Positions 20,465-39,802 of a stretch of DNA of 64,000 nt are shown here, piece by piece; position 1 is the first letter of the stretch; each line of letters opens with the position of its first letter. The DNA is from the human T2T-CHM13v2.0 reference genome, Homo sapiens. The translations under genes and the position numbers were made by a program. Below the pieces are notes generated by a model. It had not been told where the DNA came from. It made no database searches and worked only from the letters and a program-made list of their open reading frames with translations. Location: NCBI RefSeq assembly GCF_009914755.1, contig NC_060948.1; one strand, written 5' to 3'.

Positions 20465-22564
20465 AGATCCATATTTTTTAAATGAAAAAAAATTTCAAAG
20501 GTACTCTGCTTGGTACAATAATCAAATGTATAAACTGAGGAATAAAACATAACCATGAAACCTACTTATAACTGCATATGGAAAATACAGAGGATAATTT
20601 TTTAAATAACATATTTTGAAAGCCTTAACTAGTAATTTGAAGAGTTGGCATTTGAAAGGCCAGTATGAATATACCTTCAAAGCAGCAACACAGGTTCCCC
20701 ATGAGAAAAAGCAAACACAGGGAAAATAAAAACACAAAGGTTCAATCTCTTCTGACCTTTGAAAGACACAGCACAGACAGTGGTCCTTAGGACGAAGAGC
20801 AGGAGACCCCTAATTCCGTCACCATGGCGATAGGGCATAAACATTGCTGGGTGAGGGCACAATCCACATTGTGAGGTCCAACTGCTGCCAGGAAGACAGG
20901 AGTGCTTTTACATAGACCGAAAGGTCATTGAAGGCTCAGAGTTTTGTTTCAAGAACTGAATCCCAAGCCCACACGTTATTAGGCTGCGCTTCTTAAAACA
21001 AGTTATGAGATGGGAAAAAGGGCACCCACAAACATACGTATACATTATGTATATAATAATATACAGTATCATATATATAATATATATAACCTATGTATAA
21101 TATTGTTTTACATCCTGCATCTTATGTTATATATATTGTATAAAATATAATAATTGATAATATATAAGTTTTATAATTATACAATATGACATAGAGTATA
21201 TATTATAATTTATGACATATATAATATATGTTATATATCATATATAGAATATATTATACGGTTAATATACGTATTAAATATAAATTATACATTATATATA
21301 TTATATATAATATATCTGTTATATATAATACCCATTATGCATAATATATATATTATGTCTATGTTATATATAGTATAAAACAACATATAATAATATATAA
21401 TTGTATATATAAAATGCGACATATAATATATATTATATTTTATAACATATGTAATATATATTATATATAATACGTTGTATGTATAATACCTATATTAAAT
21501 ATATATTATATGACTATGTTATTAATTACATGTCACATGTGTTATATATTATATATTTTACATAGAATATACCGGTTACATACAATATATACTATGTTAC
21601 CTATAATGTATAATTTATTACATGTAAAATAAAGAATGCAATATATTATGTATAATTTATAATATACAATATGTGGAATGTGATATATGTAACATATAAT
21701 ATATGATATATGATATACAGTATATGATATATAACATACAATATATGATTCCTAATATATATGGTATACAATATATATTTTATGATATGTATTCTATATG
21801 TTTTATATTCTGTTATATATAACTATTTGAAATTATATATAACTGTATAATATTTTATGTAAATATGTAATATAATATATATAACTATATAATATATTAT
21901 ATATAACTATATATTATGTTATATATACTTTTATAACATAATTTACATAAAATATCATAATATAATATATATTATAATATTTCATATTACATAATATATA
22001 TTACATATCACCCAATATAACTAACATACATAATATTATAATATAGATTATATTATGTTATATTAAATATCATATATATCATGTATCATATATTCTATAA
22101 TATATATTACACATTATATAATATGTATGTTGTCTATTATGTGATATATATAACTATATATATAATTATATTTTTATACATATAACTGGATAAACATGTA
22201 ATTCTACATATTTTCATTTATAATATGTAGAATTATATAATCATATATAATTATTTATATTCTATAAAAAATTTTATCATTATATAAATTATAATATATA
22301 AAAATTATAATATGTACTACAAATATATATATATTATATATCATATATGATATAGTACCTTTGTTATATATCATAATACATATAAATGTGTATTATGTTA
22401 TCTATAATTATATAATTTCATATATAAGATGTATAATATGTATCATATATTATATATGTTATGTAATATATATAGTATATATAAGATGACACAGGATAAA
22501 TATTATATACTATGACATATAAAATATATGAGGTTATATGTTACATATAAGGCATAGCACATAA

Positions 22565-22879
<315 letters not shown>

Positions 22880-24979
22880 AGATCCATATTTTTTAAATGA
22901 AAAAAAATTTCAAAGGTACTCTGCTTGGTACAATAATCAAATGTATAAACTGAGGAATAAAACATAACCATGAAACCTACTTATAACTGCATATGGAAAA
23001 TACAGAGGATAATTTTTTAAATAACATATTTTGAAAGCCTTAACTAGTAATTTGAAGAGTTGGCATTTGAAAGGCCAGTATGAATATACCTTCAAAGCAG
23101 CAACACAGGTTCCCCATGAGAAAAAGCAAACACAGGGAAAATAAAAACACAAAGGTTCAATCTCTTCTGACCTTTGAAAGACACAGCACAGACAGTGGTC
23201 CTTAGGACGAAGAGCAGGAGACCCCTAATTCCGTCACCATGGCGATAGGGCATAAACATTGCTGGGTGAGGGCACAATCCACATTGTGAGGTCCAACTGC
23301 TGCCAGGAAGACAGGAGTGCTTTTACATAGACCGAAAGGTCATTGAAGGCTCAGAGTTTTGTTTCAAGAACTGAATCCCAAGCCCACACGTTATTAGGCT
23401 GCGCTTCTTAAAACAAGTTATGAGATGGGAAAAAGGGCACCCACAAACATACGTATACATTATGTATATAATAATATACAGTATCATATATATAATATAT
23501 ATAACCTATGTATAATATTGTTTTACATCCTGCATCTTATGTTATATATATTGTATAAAATATAATAATTGATAATATATAAGTTTTATAATTATACAAT
23601 ATGACATAGAGTATATATTATAATTTATGACATATATAATATATGTTATATATCATATATAGAATATATTATACGGTTAATATACGTATTAAATATAAAT
23701 TATACATTATATATATTATATATAATATATCTGTTATATATAATACCCATTATGCATAATATATATATTATGTCTATGTTATATATAGTATAAAACAACA
23801 TATAATAATATATAATTGTATATATAAAATGCGACATATAATATATATTATATTTTATAACATATGTAATATATATTATATATAATACGTTGTATGTATA
23901 ATACCTATATTAAATATATATTATATGACTATGTTATTAATTACATGTCACATGTGTTATATATTATATATTTTACATAGAATATACCGGTTACATACAA
24001 TATATACTATGTTACCTATAATGTATAATTTATTACATGTAAAATAAAGAATGCAATATATTATGTATAATTTATAATATACAATATGTGGAATGTGATA
24101 TATGTAACATATAATATATGATATATGATATACAGTATATGATATATAACATACAATATATGATTCCTAATATATATGGTATACAATATATATTTTATGA
24201 TATGTATTCTATATGTTTTATATTCTGTTATATATAACTATTTGAAATTATATATAACTGTATAATATTTTATGTAAATATGTAATATAATATATATAAC
24301 TATATAATATATTATATATAACTATATATTATGTTATATATACTTTTATAACATAATTTACATAAAATATCATAATATAATATATATTATAATATTTCAT
24401 ATTACATAATATATGTTACATATCACCCAATATAACTAACATACATAATATTATAATATAGATTATATTATGTTATATTAAATATCATATATATCATGTA
24501 TCATATATTCTATAATATATATTACACATTATATAATATGTATGTTGTCTATTATGTGATATATATAACTATATATATAATTATATTTTTATACATATAA
24601 CTGGATAAACATGTAATTCTACATATTTTCATTTATAATATGTAGAATTATATAATCATATATAATTATTTATATTCTATAAAAAATTTTATCATTATAT
24701 AAATTATAATATATAAAAATTATAATATGTACTACAAATATATATATATTATATATCATATATGATATAGTACCTTTGTTATATATCATAATACATATAA
24801 ATGTGTATTATGTTATCTATAATTATATAATTTCATATATAAGATGTATAATATGTATCATATATTATATATGTTATGTAATATATATAGTATATATAAG
24901 ATGACACAGGATAAATATTATATACTATGACATATAAAATATATGAGGTTATATGTTACATATAAGGCATAGCACATAA

Positions 24980-25294
<315 letters not shown>

Positions 25295-27393
25295 AGATCC
25301 ATATTTTTTAAATGAAAAAAAATTTCAAAGGTACTCTGCTTGGTACAATAATCAAATGTATAAACTGAGGAATAAAACATAACCATGAAACCTACTTATA
25401 ACTGCATATGGAAAATACAGAGGATAATTTTTTAAATAACATATTTTGAAAGCCTTAACTAGTAATTTGAAGAGTTGGCATTTGAAAGGCCAGTATGAAT
25501 ATACCTTCAAAGCAGCAACACAGGTTCCCCATGAGAAAAAGCAAACACAGGGAAAATAAAAACACAAAGGTTCAATCTCTTCTGACCTTTGAAAGACACA
25601 GCACAGACAGTGGTCCTTAGGACGAAGAGCAGGAGACCCCTAATTCCGTCACCATGGCGATAGGGCATAAACATTGCTGGGTGAGGGCACAATCCACATT
25701 GTGAGGTCCAACTGCTGCCAGGAAGACAGGAGTGCTTTTACATAGACCGAAAGGTCATTGAAGGCTCAGAGTTTTGTTTCAAGAACTGAATCCCAAGCCC
25801 ACACGTTATTAGGCTGCGCTTCTTAAAACAAGTTATGAGATGGGAAAAAGGGCACCCACAAACATACGTATACATTATGTATATCATAATATACAGTATC
25901 ATATATATAATATATATAACCTATGTATAATATTGTTTTACATCCTGCATCTTATGTTATATATATTGTATAAAATATAATAATTGATAATATATAAGTT
26001 TTATAATTATACAATATGACATAGAGTATATATTATAATTTATGACATATATAATATATGTTATATATCATATATAGAATATATTATACGGTTAATATAC
26101 GTATTAAATATAAATTATACATTATATATATTATATATAATATATCTGTTATATATAATACCCATTATGCATAATATATATATTATGTCTATGTTATATA
26201 TAGTATAAAACAACATATAATAATATATAATTGTATATATAAAATGCGACATATAATATATATTATATTTTATAACATATGTAATATATATTATATATAA
26301 TACGTTGTATGTATAATACCTATATTAAATATATATTATATGACTATGTTATTAATTACATGTCACATGTGTTATATATTATATATTTACATAGAATATA
26401 CCGGTTACATACAATATATACTATGTTACCTATAATGTATAATTTATTACATGTAAAATAAAGAATGCAATATATTATGTATAATTTATAATATACAATA
26501 TGTGGAATGTGATATATGTAACATATAATATATGATATATGATATACAGTATATGATATATAACATACAATATATGATTCCTAATATATATGGTATACAA
26601 TATATATTTTATGATATGTATTCTATATGTTTTATATTCTGTTATATATAACTATTTGAAATTATATATAACTGTATAATATTTTATGTAAATATGTAAT
26701 ATAATATATATAACTATATAATATATTATATATAACTATATATTATGTTATATATACTTTTATAACATAATTTACATAAAATATCATAATATAATATATA
26801 TTATAATATTTCATATTACATAATATATATTACATATCACCCAATATAACTAACATACATAATATTATAATATAGATTATATTATGTTATATTAAATATC
26901 ATATATATCATGTATCATATATTCTATAATATATATTACACATTATATAATATGTATGTTGTCTATTATGTGATATATATAACTATATATATAATTATAT
27001 TTTTATACATATAACTGGATAAACATGTAATTCTACATATTTTCATTTATAATATGTAGAATTATATAATCATATATAATTATTTATATTCTATAAAAAA
27101 TTTTATCATTATATAAATTATAATATATAAAAATTATAATATGTACTACAAATATATATATATTATATATCATATATGATATAGTACCTTTGTTATATAT
27201 CATAATACATATAAATGTGTATTATGTTATCTATAATTATATAATTTCATATATAAGATGTATAATATGTATCATATATTATATATGTTATGTAATATAT
27301 ATAGTATATATAAGATGACACAGGATAAATATTATATACTATGACATATAAAATATATGAGGTTATATGTTACATATAAGGCATAGCACATAA

Positions 27394-27708
<315 letters not shown>

Positions 27709-29808
27709 AGATCCATATTTTTTAAATGAAAAAAAATTTCAAAGGTACTCTGCTTGGTACAATAATCAAATGTATAAACTGAGGAATAAAACATAACCAT
27801 GAAACCTACTTATAACTGCATATGGAAAATACAGAGGATAATTTTTTAAATAACATATTTTGAAAGCCTTAACTAGTAATTTGAAGAGTTGGCATTTGAA
27901 AGGCCAGTATGAATATACCTTCAAAGCAGCAACACAGGTTCCCCATGAGAAAAAGCAAACACAGGGAAAATAAAAACACAAAGGTTCAATCTCTTCTGAC
28001 CTTTGAAAGACACAGCACAGACAGTGGTCCTTAGGACGAAGAGCAGGAGACCCCTAATTCCGTCACCATGGCGATAGGGCATAAACATTGCTGGGTGAGG
28101 GCACAATCCACATTGTGAGGTCCAACTGCTGCCAGGAAGACAGGAGTGCTTTTACATAGACCGAAAGGTCATTGAAGGCTCAGAGTTTTGTTTCAAGAAC
28201 TGAATCCCAAGCCCACACGTTATTAGGCTGCGCTTCTTAAAACAAGTTATGAGATGGGAAAAAGGGCACCCACAAACATACGTATACATTATGTATATAA
28301 TAATATACAGTATCATATATATAATATATATAACCTATGTATAATATTGTTTTACATCCTGCATCTTATGTTATATATATTGTATAAAATATAATAATTG
28401 ATAATATATAAGTTTTATAATTATACAATATGACATAGAGTATATATTATAATTTATGACATATATAATATATGTTATATATCATATATAGAATATATTA
28501 TACGGTTAATATACGTATTAAATATAAATTATACATTATATATATTATATATAATATATCTGTTATATATAATACCCATTATGCATAATATATATATTAT
28601 GTCTATGTTATATATAGTATAAAACAACATATAATAATATATAATTGTATATATAAAATGCGACATATAATATATATTATATTTTATAACATATGTAATA
28701 TATATTATATATAATACGTTGTATGTATAATACCTATATTAAATATATATTATATGACTATGTTATTAATTACATGTCACATGTGTTATATATTATATAT
28801 TTTACATAGAATATACCGGTTACATACAATATATACTATGTTACCTATAATGTATAATTTATTACATGTAAAATAAAGAATGCAATATATTATGTATAAT
28901 TTATAATATACAATATGTGGAATGTGATATATGTAACATATAATATATGATATATGATATACAGTATATGATATATAACATACAATATATGATTCCTAAT
29001 ATATATGGTATACAATATATATTTTATGATATGTATTCTATATGTTTTATATTCTGTTATATATAACTATTTGAAATTATATATAACTGTATAATATTTT
29101 ATGTAAATATGTAATATAATATATATAACTATATAATATATTATATATAACTATATATTATGTTATATATACTTTTATAACATAATTTACATAAAATATC
29201 ATAATATAATATATATTATAATATTTCATATTACATAATATATGTTACATATCACCCAATATAACTAACATACATAATATTATAATATAGATTATATTAT
29301 GTTATATTAAATATCATATATATCATGTATCATATATTCTATAATATATATTACACATTATATAATATGTATGTTGTCTATTATGTGATATATATAACTA
29401 TATATATAATTATATTTTTATACATATAACTGGATAAACATGTAATTCTACATATTTTCATTTATAATATGTAGAATTATATAATCATATATAATTATTT
29501 ATATTCTATAAAAAATTTTATCATTATATAAATTATAATATATAAAAATTATAATATGTACTACAAATATATATATATTATATATCATATATGATATAGT
29601 ACCTTTGTTATATATCATAATACATATAAATGTGTATTATGTTATCTATAATTATATAATTTCATATATAAGATGTATAATATGTATCATATATTATATA
29701 TGTTATGTAATATATATAGTATATATAAGATGACACAGGATAAATATTATATACTATGACATATAAAATATATGAGGTTATATGTTACATATAAGGCATA
29801 GCACATAA

Positions 29809-30123
<315 letters not shown>

Positions 30124-32246
30124 AGATCCATATTTTTTAAATGAAAAAAAATTTCAAAGGTACTCTGCTTGGTACAATAATCAAATGTATAAACTGAGGA
30201 ATAAAACATAACCATGAAACCTACTTATAACTGCATATGGAAAATACAGAGGATAATTTTTTAAATAACATATTTTGAAAGCCTTAACTAGTAATTTGAA
30301 GAGTTGGCATTTGAAAGGCCAGTATGAATATACCTTCAAAGCAGCAACACAGGTTCCCCATGAGAAAAAGCAAACACAGGGAAAATAAAAACACAAAGGT
30401 TCAATCTCTTCTGACCTTTGAAAGACACAGCACAGACAGTGGTCCTTAGGACGAAGAGCAGGAGACCCCTAATTCCGTCACCATGGCGATAGGGCATAAA
30501 CATTGCTGGGTGAGGGCACAATCCACATTGTGAGGTCCAACTGCTGCCAGGAAGACAGGAGTGCTTTTACATAGACCGAAAGGTCATTGAAGGCTCAGAG
30601 TTTTGTTTCAAGAACTGAATCCCAAGCCCACACGTTATTAGGCTGCGCTTCTTAAAACAAGTTATGAGATGGGAAAAAGGGCACCCACAAACATACGTAT
30701 ACATTATGTATATAATAATATACAGTATCATATATATAATATATATAACCTATGTATAATATTGTTTTACATCCTGCATCTTATGTTATATATATTGTAT
30801 AAAATATAATAATTGATAATATATAAGTTTTATAATTATACAATATGACATAGAGTATATATTATAATTTATGGCATATATAATATATGTTATATATCAT
30901 ATATAGAATATATTATACGGTTAATATACGTATTAAATATAAATTATACATTATATATATTATATATAATATATCTGTTATATATAATACCCATTATGCA
31001 TAATATATATATTATGTCTATGTTATATATAGTATAAAACAACATATAATAATATATAATTGTATATATAAAATGCGACATATAATATATATTATATTTT
31101 ATAACATATGTAATATATATTATATATAATACGTTGTATGTATAATACCTATATTAAATATATATTATATGACTATGTTATTAATTACATGTCACATGTG
31201 TTATATATTATATATTTTACATAGAATATACCGGTTACATACAATATATACTATGTTACCTATAATGTATAATTTATTACATGTAAAATAAAGAATGCAA
31301 TATATTATGTATAATTTATAATATACAATATGTGGAATGTGATATATGTAACATATAATATATGATATATGATATACAGTATATGATATATAACATACAA
31401 TATATGATTCCTAATATATATGGTATACAATATATATTTTATGATATGTATTCTATATGTTTTATATTCTGTTATATATAACTATTTGAAATTATATATA
31501 ACTGTATAATATTTTATGTAAATATGTAATATAATATATATAACTATATAATATATTATATATAACTATATATTATGTTATATATACTTTTATAACATAA
31601 TTTACATAAAATATCATAATATAATATATATTATAATATTTCATATTACATAATATATATTACATATCACCCAATATAACTAACATACATAATATTATAA
31701 TATAGATTATATTATGTTATATTAAATATCATATATATCATGTATCATATATTCTATAATATATATTACACATTATATAATATGTATGTTGTCTATTATG
31801 TGATATATATAACTATATATATAATTATATTTTTATACATATAACTGGATAAACATGTAATTCTACATATTTTCATTTATAATATGTAGAATTATATAAT
31901 CATATATAATTATTTATATTCTATAAAAAATTTTATCATTATATAAATTATAATATATAAAAATTATAATATGTACTACAAATATATATATATTATATAT
32001 CATATATGATATAGTACCTTTGTTATATATCATAATACATATAAATGTGTATTATGTTATCTATAATTATATAATTTCATATATAAGATGTATAATATGT
32101 ATCATATATTATATATGTTATGTAATATATATAGTATATATAAGATGACACAGGATAAATATTATATACTATGACATATAAAATATATGAGGTTATATGT
32201 TACATATAAGGCATAGCACATAACATGTAATATATATCATGTATAA

Positions 32247-32538
32247 TTTTTTTTTAGACAGAATCTTGTCCTGTTGCACAGGGTGGGGTACAATGGCGCC
32301 ATCTTTGCTCACTGCAAGTTCTGCCTCACGGGTCCAAGCGATTGTCCTCCCTCAGCCTCCCAGGTAGCTGGGACTACACCACACTGGGACTACACCAGCT
32401 GCCACCATGCCTAGCTAATTATTTGGATTTTTAGTAGTGACAGCGTTTCACTGTATTGGCCAGGATGGTCTTGATCTCTTCACCTTGTGATCCCCTTGCC
32501 TTGGCCTCCAAATTTGCTGGGATTACAGGCCTGAGCCA
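32247..32538 (-). mobile_element. Alu in unit 14
   Basis: Same antisense Alu. Confidence 0.93.
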
Positions 32539-34645
32539 AGATCCATATTTTTTAAATGAAAAAAAATTTCAAAGGTACTCTGCTTGGTACAATAATCAAA
32601 TGTATAAACTGAGGAATAAAACATAACCATGAAACCTACTTATAACTGCATATGGAAAATACAGAGGATAATTTTTTAAATAACATATTTTGAAAGCCTT
32701 AACTAGTAATTTGAAGAGTTGGCATTTGAAAGGCCAGTATGAATATACCTTCAAAGCAGCAACACAGGTTCCCCATGAGAAAAAGCAAACACAGGGAAAA
32801 TAAAAACACAAAGGTTCAATCTCTTCTGACCTTTGAAAGACACAGCACAGACAGTGGTCCTTAGGACGAAGAGCAGGAGACCCCTAATTCCGTCACCATG
32901 GCGATAGGGCATAAACATTGCTGGGTGAGGGCACAATCCACATTGTGAGGTCCAACTGCTGCCAGGAAGACAGGAGTGCTTTTACATAGACCGAAAGGTC
33001 ATTGAAGGCTCAGAGTTTTGTTTCAAGAACTGAATCCCAAGCCCACACGTTATTAGGCTGCGCTTCTTAAAACAAGTTATGAGATGGGAAAAAGGGCACC
33101 CACAAACATACGTATACATTATGTATATAATAATATACAGTATCATATATATAATATATATAACCTATGTATAATATTGTTTTACATCCTGCATCCTATG
33201 TTATATATATTGTATAAAATATAATAATTGATAATATATAAGTTTTATAATTATACAATATGACATATAGTATATATTATAATTTATGACATATATAATA
33301 TATGTTATATATCATATATAGAATATATTATACGGTTAATATACGTATTAAATATAAATTATACATTATATATATTATATATAATATATCTGTTATATAT
33401 AATACCCATTATGCATAATATATATATTATGTCTATGTTATATATAGTATAAAACAACATATAATAATATATAATTGTATATATAAAATGTGACATATAA
33501 TATATATTATATTTTATAACATATGTAATATATATTATATATTATATATAATACGTTGTATGTATAATACCTATATTAAATATATATTATATGACTATGT
33601 TATTAATTACATGTCACATGTGTTATATATTATATATTTTACATAGAATATACCGGTTACATACAATATATACTATGTTACCTATAATGTATAATTTATT
33701 ACATGTAAAATAAAGAATGCAATATATTATGTATAATTTATAATATACAATATGTGGAATGTGATATATGTAACATATAATATATGATATATGATATACA
33801 GTATATGATATATAACATACAGTATATGATTCCTAATATATATGGTATACAATATATATTTTATGATATGTATTCTATATGTTTTATGTTCTGTTATATA
33901 TAACTATTTGAAATTATATATAACTGTATAATATTTTATGTAAATATGTAATATAATATATATAACTATATAATATATTATATATAACTATATATTATGT
34001 TATATATACTTTTATAACATAATTTACATAAAATATCATAATATAATATATATTATAATATTTCATATTACATAATATATATTACATATCACCCAATATA
34101 ACTAACATACATAATATTATAATATAGATTATATTATGTTATATTAAATATCATATATATCATGTATCATATATTCTATAATATATATTACACATTATAT
34201 AATATGTATGTTGTCTATTATGTGATATATATAACTATATATATAATTATATTTTTATACATATAACTAGATAAACATGTAATTCTACATATTTTCATTT
34301 ATAATATGTAGAATTATATAATCATATATAATTATTTATATTCTATAAAAAATTTTATCATTATATAAATTATAATATATAAAAATTATAATATGTACTA
34401 CAAATATATATATATTATATATCATATATGATATAGTACCTTTGTTATATATCATAATACATATAAATGTGTATTATGTTATCTATAATTATATAATTTC
34501 ATATATAAGATGTATAATATGTATCATATATTATATATGTTATGTAATATATATAGTATATATAAGATGACACAGGATAAATATTATATACTATGACATA
34601 TAAAATATATGAGGTTATTTGTTACATATAAGGCATAGCACATAA

Positions 34646-34960
<315 letters not shown>

Positions 34961-37067
34961 AGATCCATATTTTTTAAATGAAAAAAAATTTCAAAGGTAC
35001 TCTGCTTGGTACAATAATCAAATGTATAAACTGAGGAATAAAACATAACCATGAAACCTACTTATAACTGCATATGGAAAATACAGAGGATAATTTTTTA
35101 AATAACATATTTTGAAAGCCTTAACTAGTAATTTGAAGAGTTGGCATTTGAAAGGCCAGTATGAATATACCTTCAAAGCAGCAACACAGGTTCCCCATGA
35201 GAAAAAGCAAACACAGGGAAAATAAAAACACAAAGGTTCAATCTCTTCTGACCTTTGAAAGACACAGCACAGACAGTGGTCCTTAGGACGAAGAGCAGGA
35301 GACCCCTAATTCCGTCACCATGGCGATAGGGCATAAACATTGCTGGGTGAGGGCACAATCCACATTGTGAGGTCCAACTGCTGCCAGGAAGACAGGAGTG
35401 CTTTTACATAGACCGAAAGGTCATTGAAGGCTCAGAGTTTTGTTTCAAGAACTGAATCCCAAGCCCACACGTTATTAGGCTGCGCTTCTTAAAACAAGTT
35501 ATGAGATGGGAAAAAGGGCACCCACAAACATACGTATACATTATGTATATAATAATATACAGTATCATATATATAATATATATAACCTATGTATAATATT
35601 GTTTTACATCCTGCATCTTATGTTATATATATTGTATAAAATATAATAATTGATAATATATAAGTTTTATAATTATACAATATGACATATAATATATATT
35701 ATAATTTATGACATATATAATATATGTTATATATCATATATAGAATATATTATACGGTTAATATACGTATTAAATATAAATTATACATTATATATATTAT
35801 ATATAATATATCTGTTATATATAATACCCATTATGCATAATATATATATTATGTCTATGTTATATATAGTATAAAACAACATATAATAATATATAATTGT
35901 ATATATAAAATGTGACATATAATATATATTATATTTTATAACATATGTAATATATATTATATATTATATATAATACGTTGTATGTATAATACCTATATTA
36001 AATATATATTATATGACTATGTTATTAATTACATGTCACATGTGTTATATATTATATATTTTACGTAGAATATACCGGTTACATACAATATATACTATGT
36101 TACCTATAATGTATAATTTATTACATGTAAAATAAAGAATGCAATATATTATGTATAATTTATAATATACAATATGTGGAATGTGATATATGTAACATAT
36201 AATATATGATATATGATATACAGTATATGATATATAACATACAGTATATGATTCCTAATATATATGGTATACAATATATATTTTATGATATGTATTCTAT
36301 ATGTTTTATGTTCTGTTATATATAACTATTTGAAATTATATATAACTGTATAATATTTTATGTAAATATGTAATATAATATATATAACTATATAATATAT
36401 TATATATAACTATATATTATGTTATATATACTTTTATAACATAATTTACATAAAATATCATAATATAATATATATTATAATATTTCATATTACATAATAT
36501 ATATTACATATCACCCAATATAACTAACATACATAATATTATAATATAGATTATATTATGTTATATTAAATATCATATATATCATGTATCATATATTCTA
36601 TAATATATATTACACATTATATAATATGTATGTTGTCTATTATGTGATATATATAACTATATATATAATTATATTTTTATACATATAACTAGATAAACAT
36701 GTAATTCTACATATTTTCATTTATAATATGTAGAATTATATAATCATATATAATTATTTATATTCTATAAAAAATTTTATCATTATATAAATTATAATAT
36801 ATAAAAATTATAATATGTACTACAAATATATATATATTATATATCATATATGATATAGTACCTTTGTTATATATCATAATACATATAAATGTGTATTATG
36901 TTATCTATAATTATATAATTTCATATATAAGATGTATAATATGTATCATATATTATATATGTTATGTAATATATATAGTATATATAAGATGACACAGGAT
37001 AAATATTATATACTATGACATATAAAATATATGAGGTTATTTGTTACATATAAGGCATAGCACATAA

Positions 37068-37382
<315 letters not shown>

Positions 37383-39487
37383 AGATCCATATTTTTTAAA
37401 TGAAAAAAAATTTCAAAGGTACTCTGCTTGGTACAATAATCAAATGTATAAACTGAGGAATAAAACATAACCATGAAACCTACTTATAACTGCATATGGA
37501 AAATACAGAGGATAATTTTTTAAATAACATATTTTGAAAGCCTTAACTAGTAATTTGAAGAGTTGGCATTTGAAAGGCCAGTATGAATATACCTTCAAAG
37601 CAGCAACACAGGTTCCCCATGAGAAAAAGCAAACACAGGGAAAATAAAAACACAAAGGTTCAATCTCTTCTGACCTTTGAAAGACACAGCACAGACAGTG
37701 GTCCTTAGGACGAAGAGCAGGAGACCCCTAATTCCGTCACCATGGCGATAGGGCATAAACATTGCTGGGTGAGGGCACAATCCACATTGTGAGGTCCAAC
37801 TGCTGCCAGGAAGACAGGAGTGCTTTTACATAGACCGAAAGGTCATTGAAGGCTCAGAGTTTTGTTTCAAGAACTGAATCCCAAGCCCACACGTTATTAG
37901 GCTGCGCTTCTTAAAACAAGTTATGAGATGGGAAAAAGGGCACCCACAAACATACGTATACATTATGTATATAATAATATACAGTATCATATATATAATA
38001 TATATAACCTATGTATAATATTGTTTTACATCCTGCATCTTATGTTATATATATTGTATAAAATATAATAATTGATAATATATAAGTTTTATAATTATAC
38101 AATATGACATATAGTATATATTATAATTTATGGCATATATAATATATGTTATATATCATATATAGAATATATTATACGGTTAATATACGTATTAAATATA
38201 AATTATACATTATATATATTATATATAATATATCTGTTATATATAATACCCATTATGCATAATATATATATTATGTCTATGTTATACATAGTATAAAACA
38301 ACATATAATAATATATAATTGTATATATAAAATGCGACATATAATATATATTATATTTTACAACATATGTAATATATATTATATATTATATATAATACGT
38401 TGTATTTATAATACCTATATTAAATATATATTATATGACTATGTTATTAATTACATGTCACATGTGTTATAAATTATATATTTTACATAGAATATACCGG
38501 TTACATACAATATATACTATGTTACCTATAATGTATAATTTATTACATGTAAAATAAAGAATGCAATATATTATGTATAATTTATAATATACAATATGTG
38601 GAATGTGATATATATAACATATAATATATGATATATGATATACAGTATATGATATATAACATACAATATATGATTCCTAATATATATGGTATACAATATA
38701 TATTTTATGATATGTATTCTATATGTTTTATATTCTGTTATATATAACTATTTGAAATTATATATAACTGTATAATATTTTATGTAAATATGTAATATAA
38801 TATATATAACTATATAATATGTTATATATAACTATATATTATGTTATATATACTTTTATAACATAATTTACATAAAATATCATAATATAATATATATTAT
38901 ATTATTTCATATTACCTTATATATATTACATATCACCCAATATAACTAACATACATAATATTATAATATAGATTATATTGTGTTATATTAAATATCATAT
39001 ATATCATGTATCATATATTCTATAATATATATTACACATTATATAATATGTATGTTGTCTATTATGTGATATATATAACTATATATATAATTATATTTTT
39101 ATACATATAACTAGATAACCATGTAATTCTACATATTTTCATTTATAATATGTAGAATTATATAATCATATATAATTATTTATATTCTATAAAAAATTTT
39201 ATCATTATATAAATTATAATATATAAAAATTATAATATGTACTACAAATATATATATTATATATCATATATGATATAGTACCTTTGTTATATATCATAAT
39301 ACATATAAATGTGTATTATGTTATCTATAATTATATAATTTCATATATAAGATGTATAATATGTATCATATATTATATATGTTATGTAATATATATAGTA
39401 TATATAAGATGACACAGGATAAATATTATATACTATGACATATAAAATATATGAGGTTATATGTTACATATAAGGCATAGCACATAA

Positions 39488-39802
<315 letters not shown>
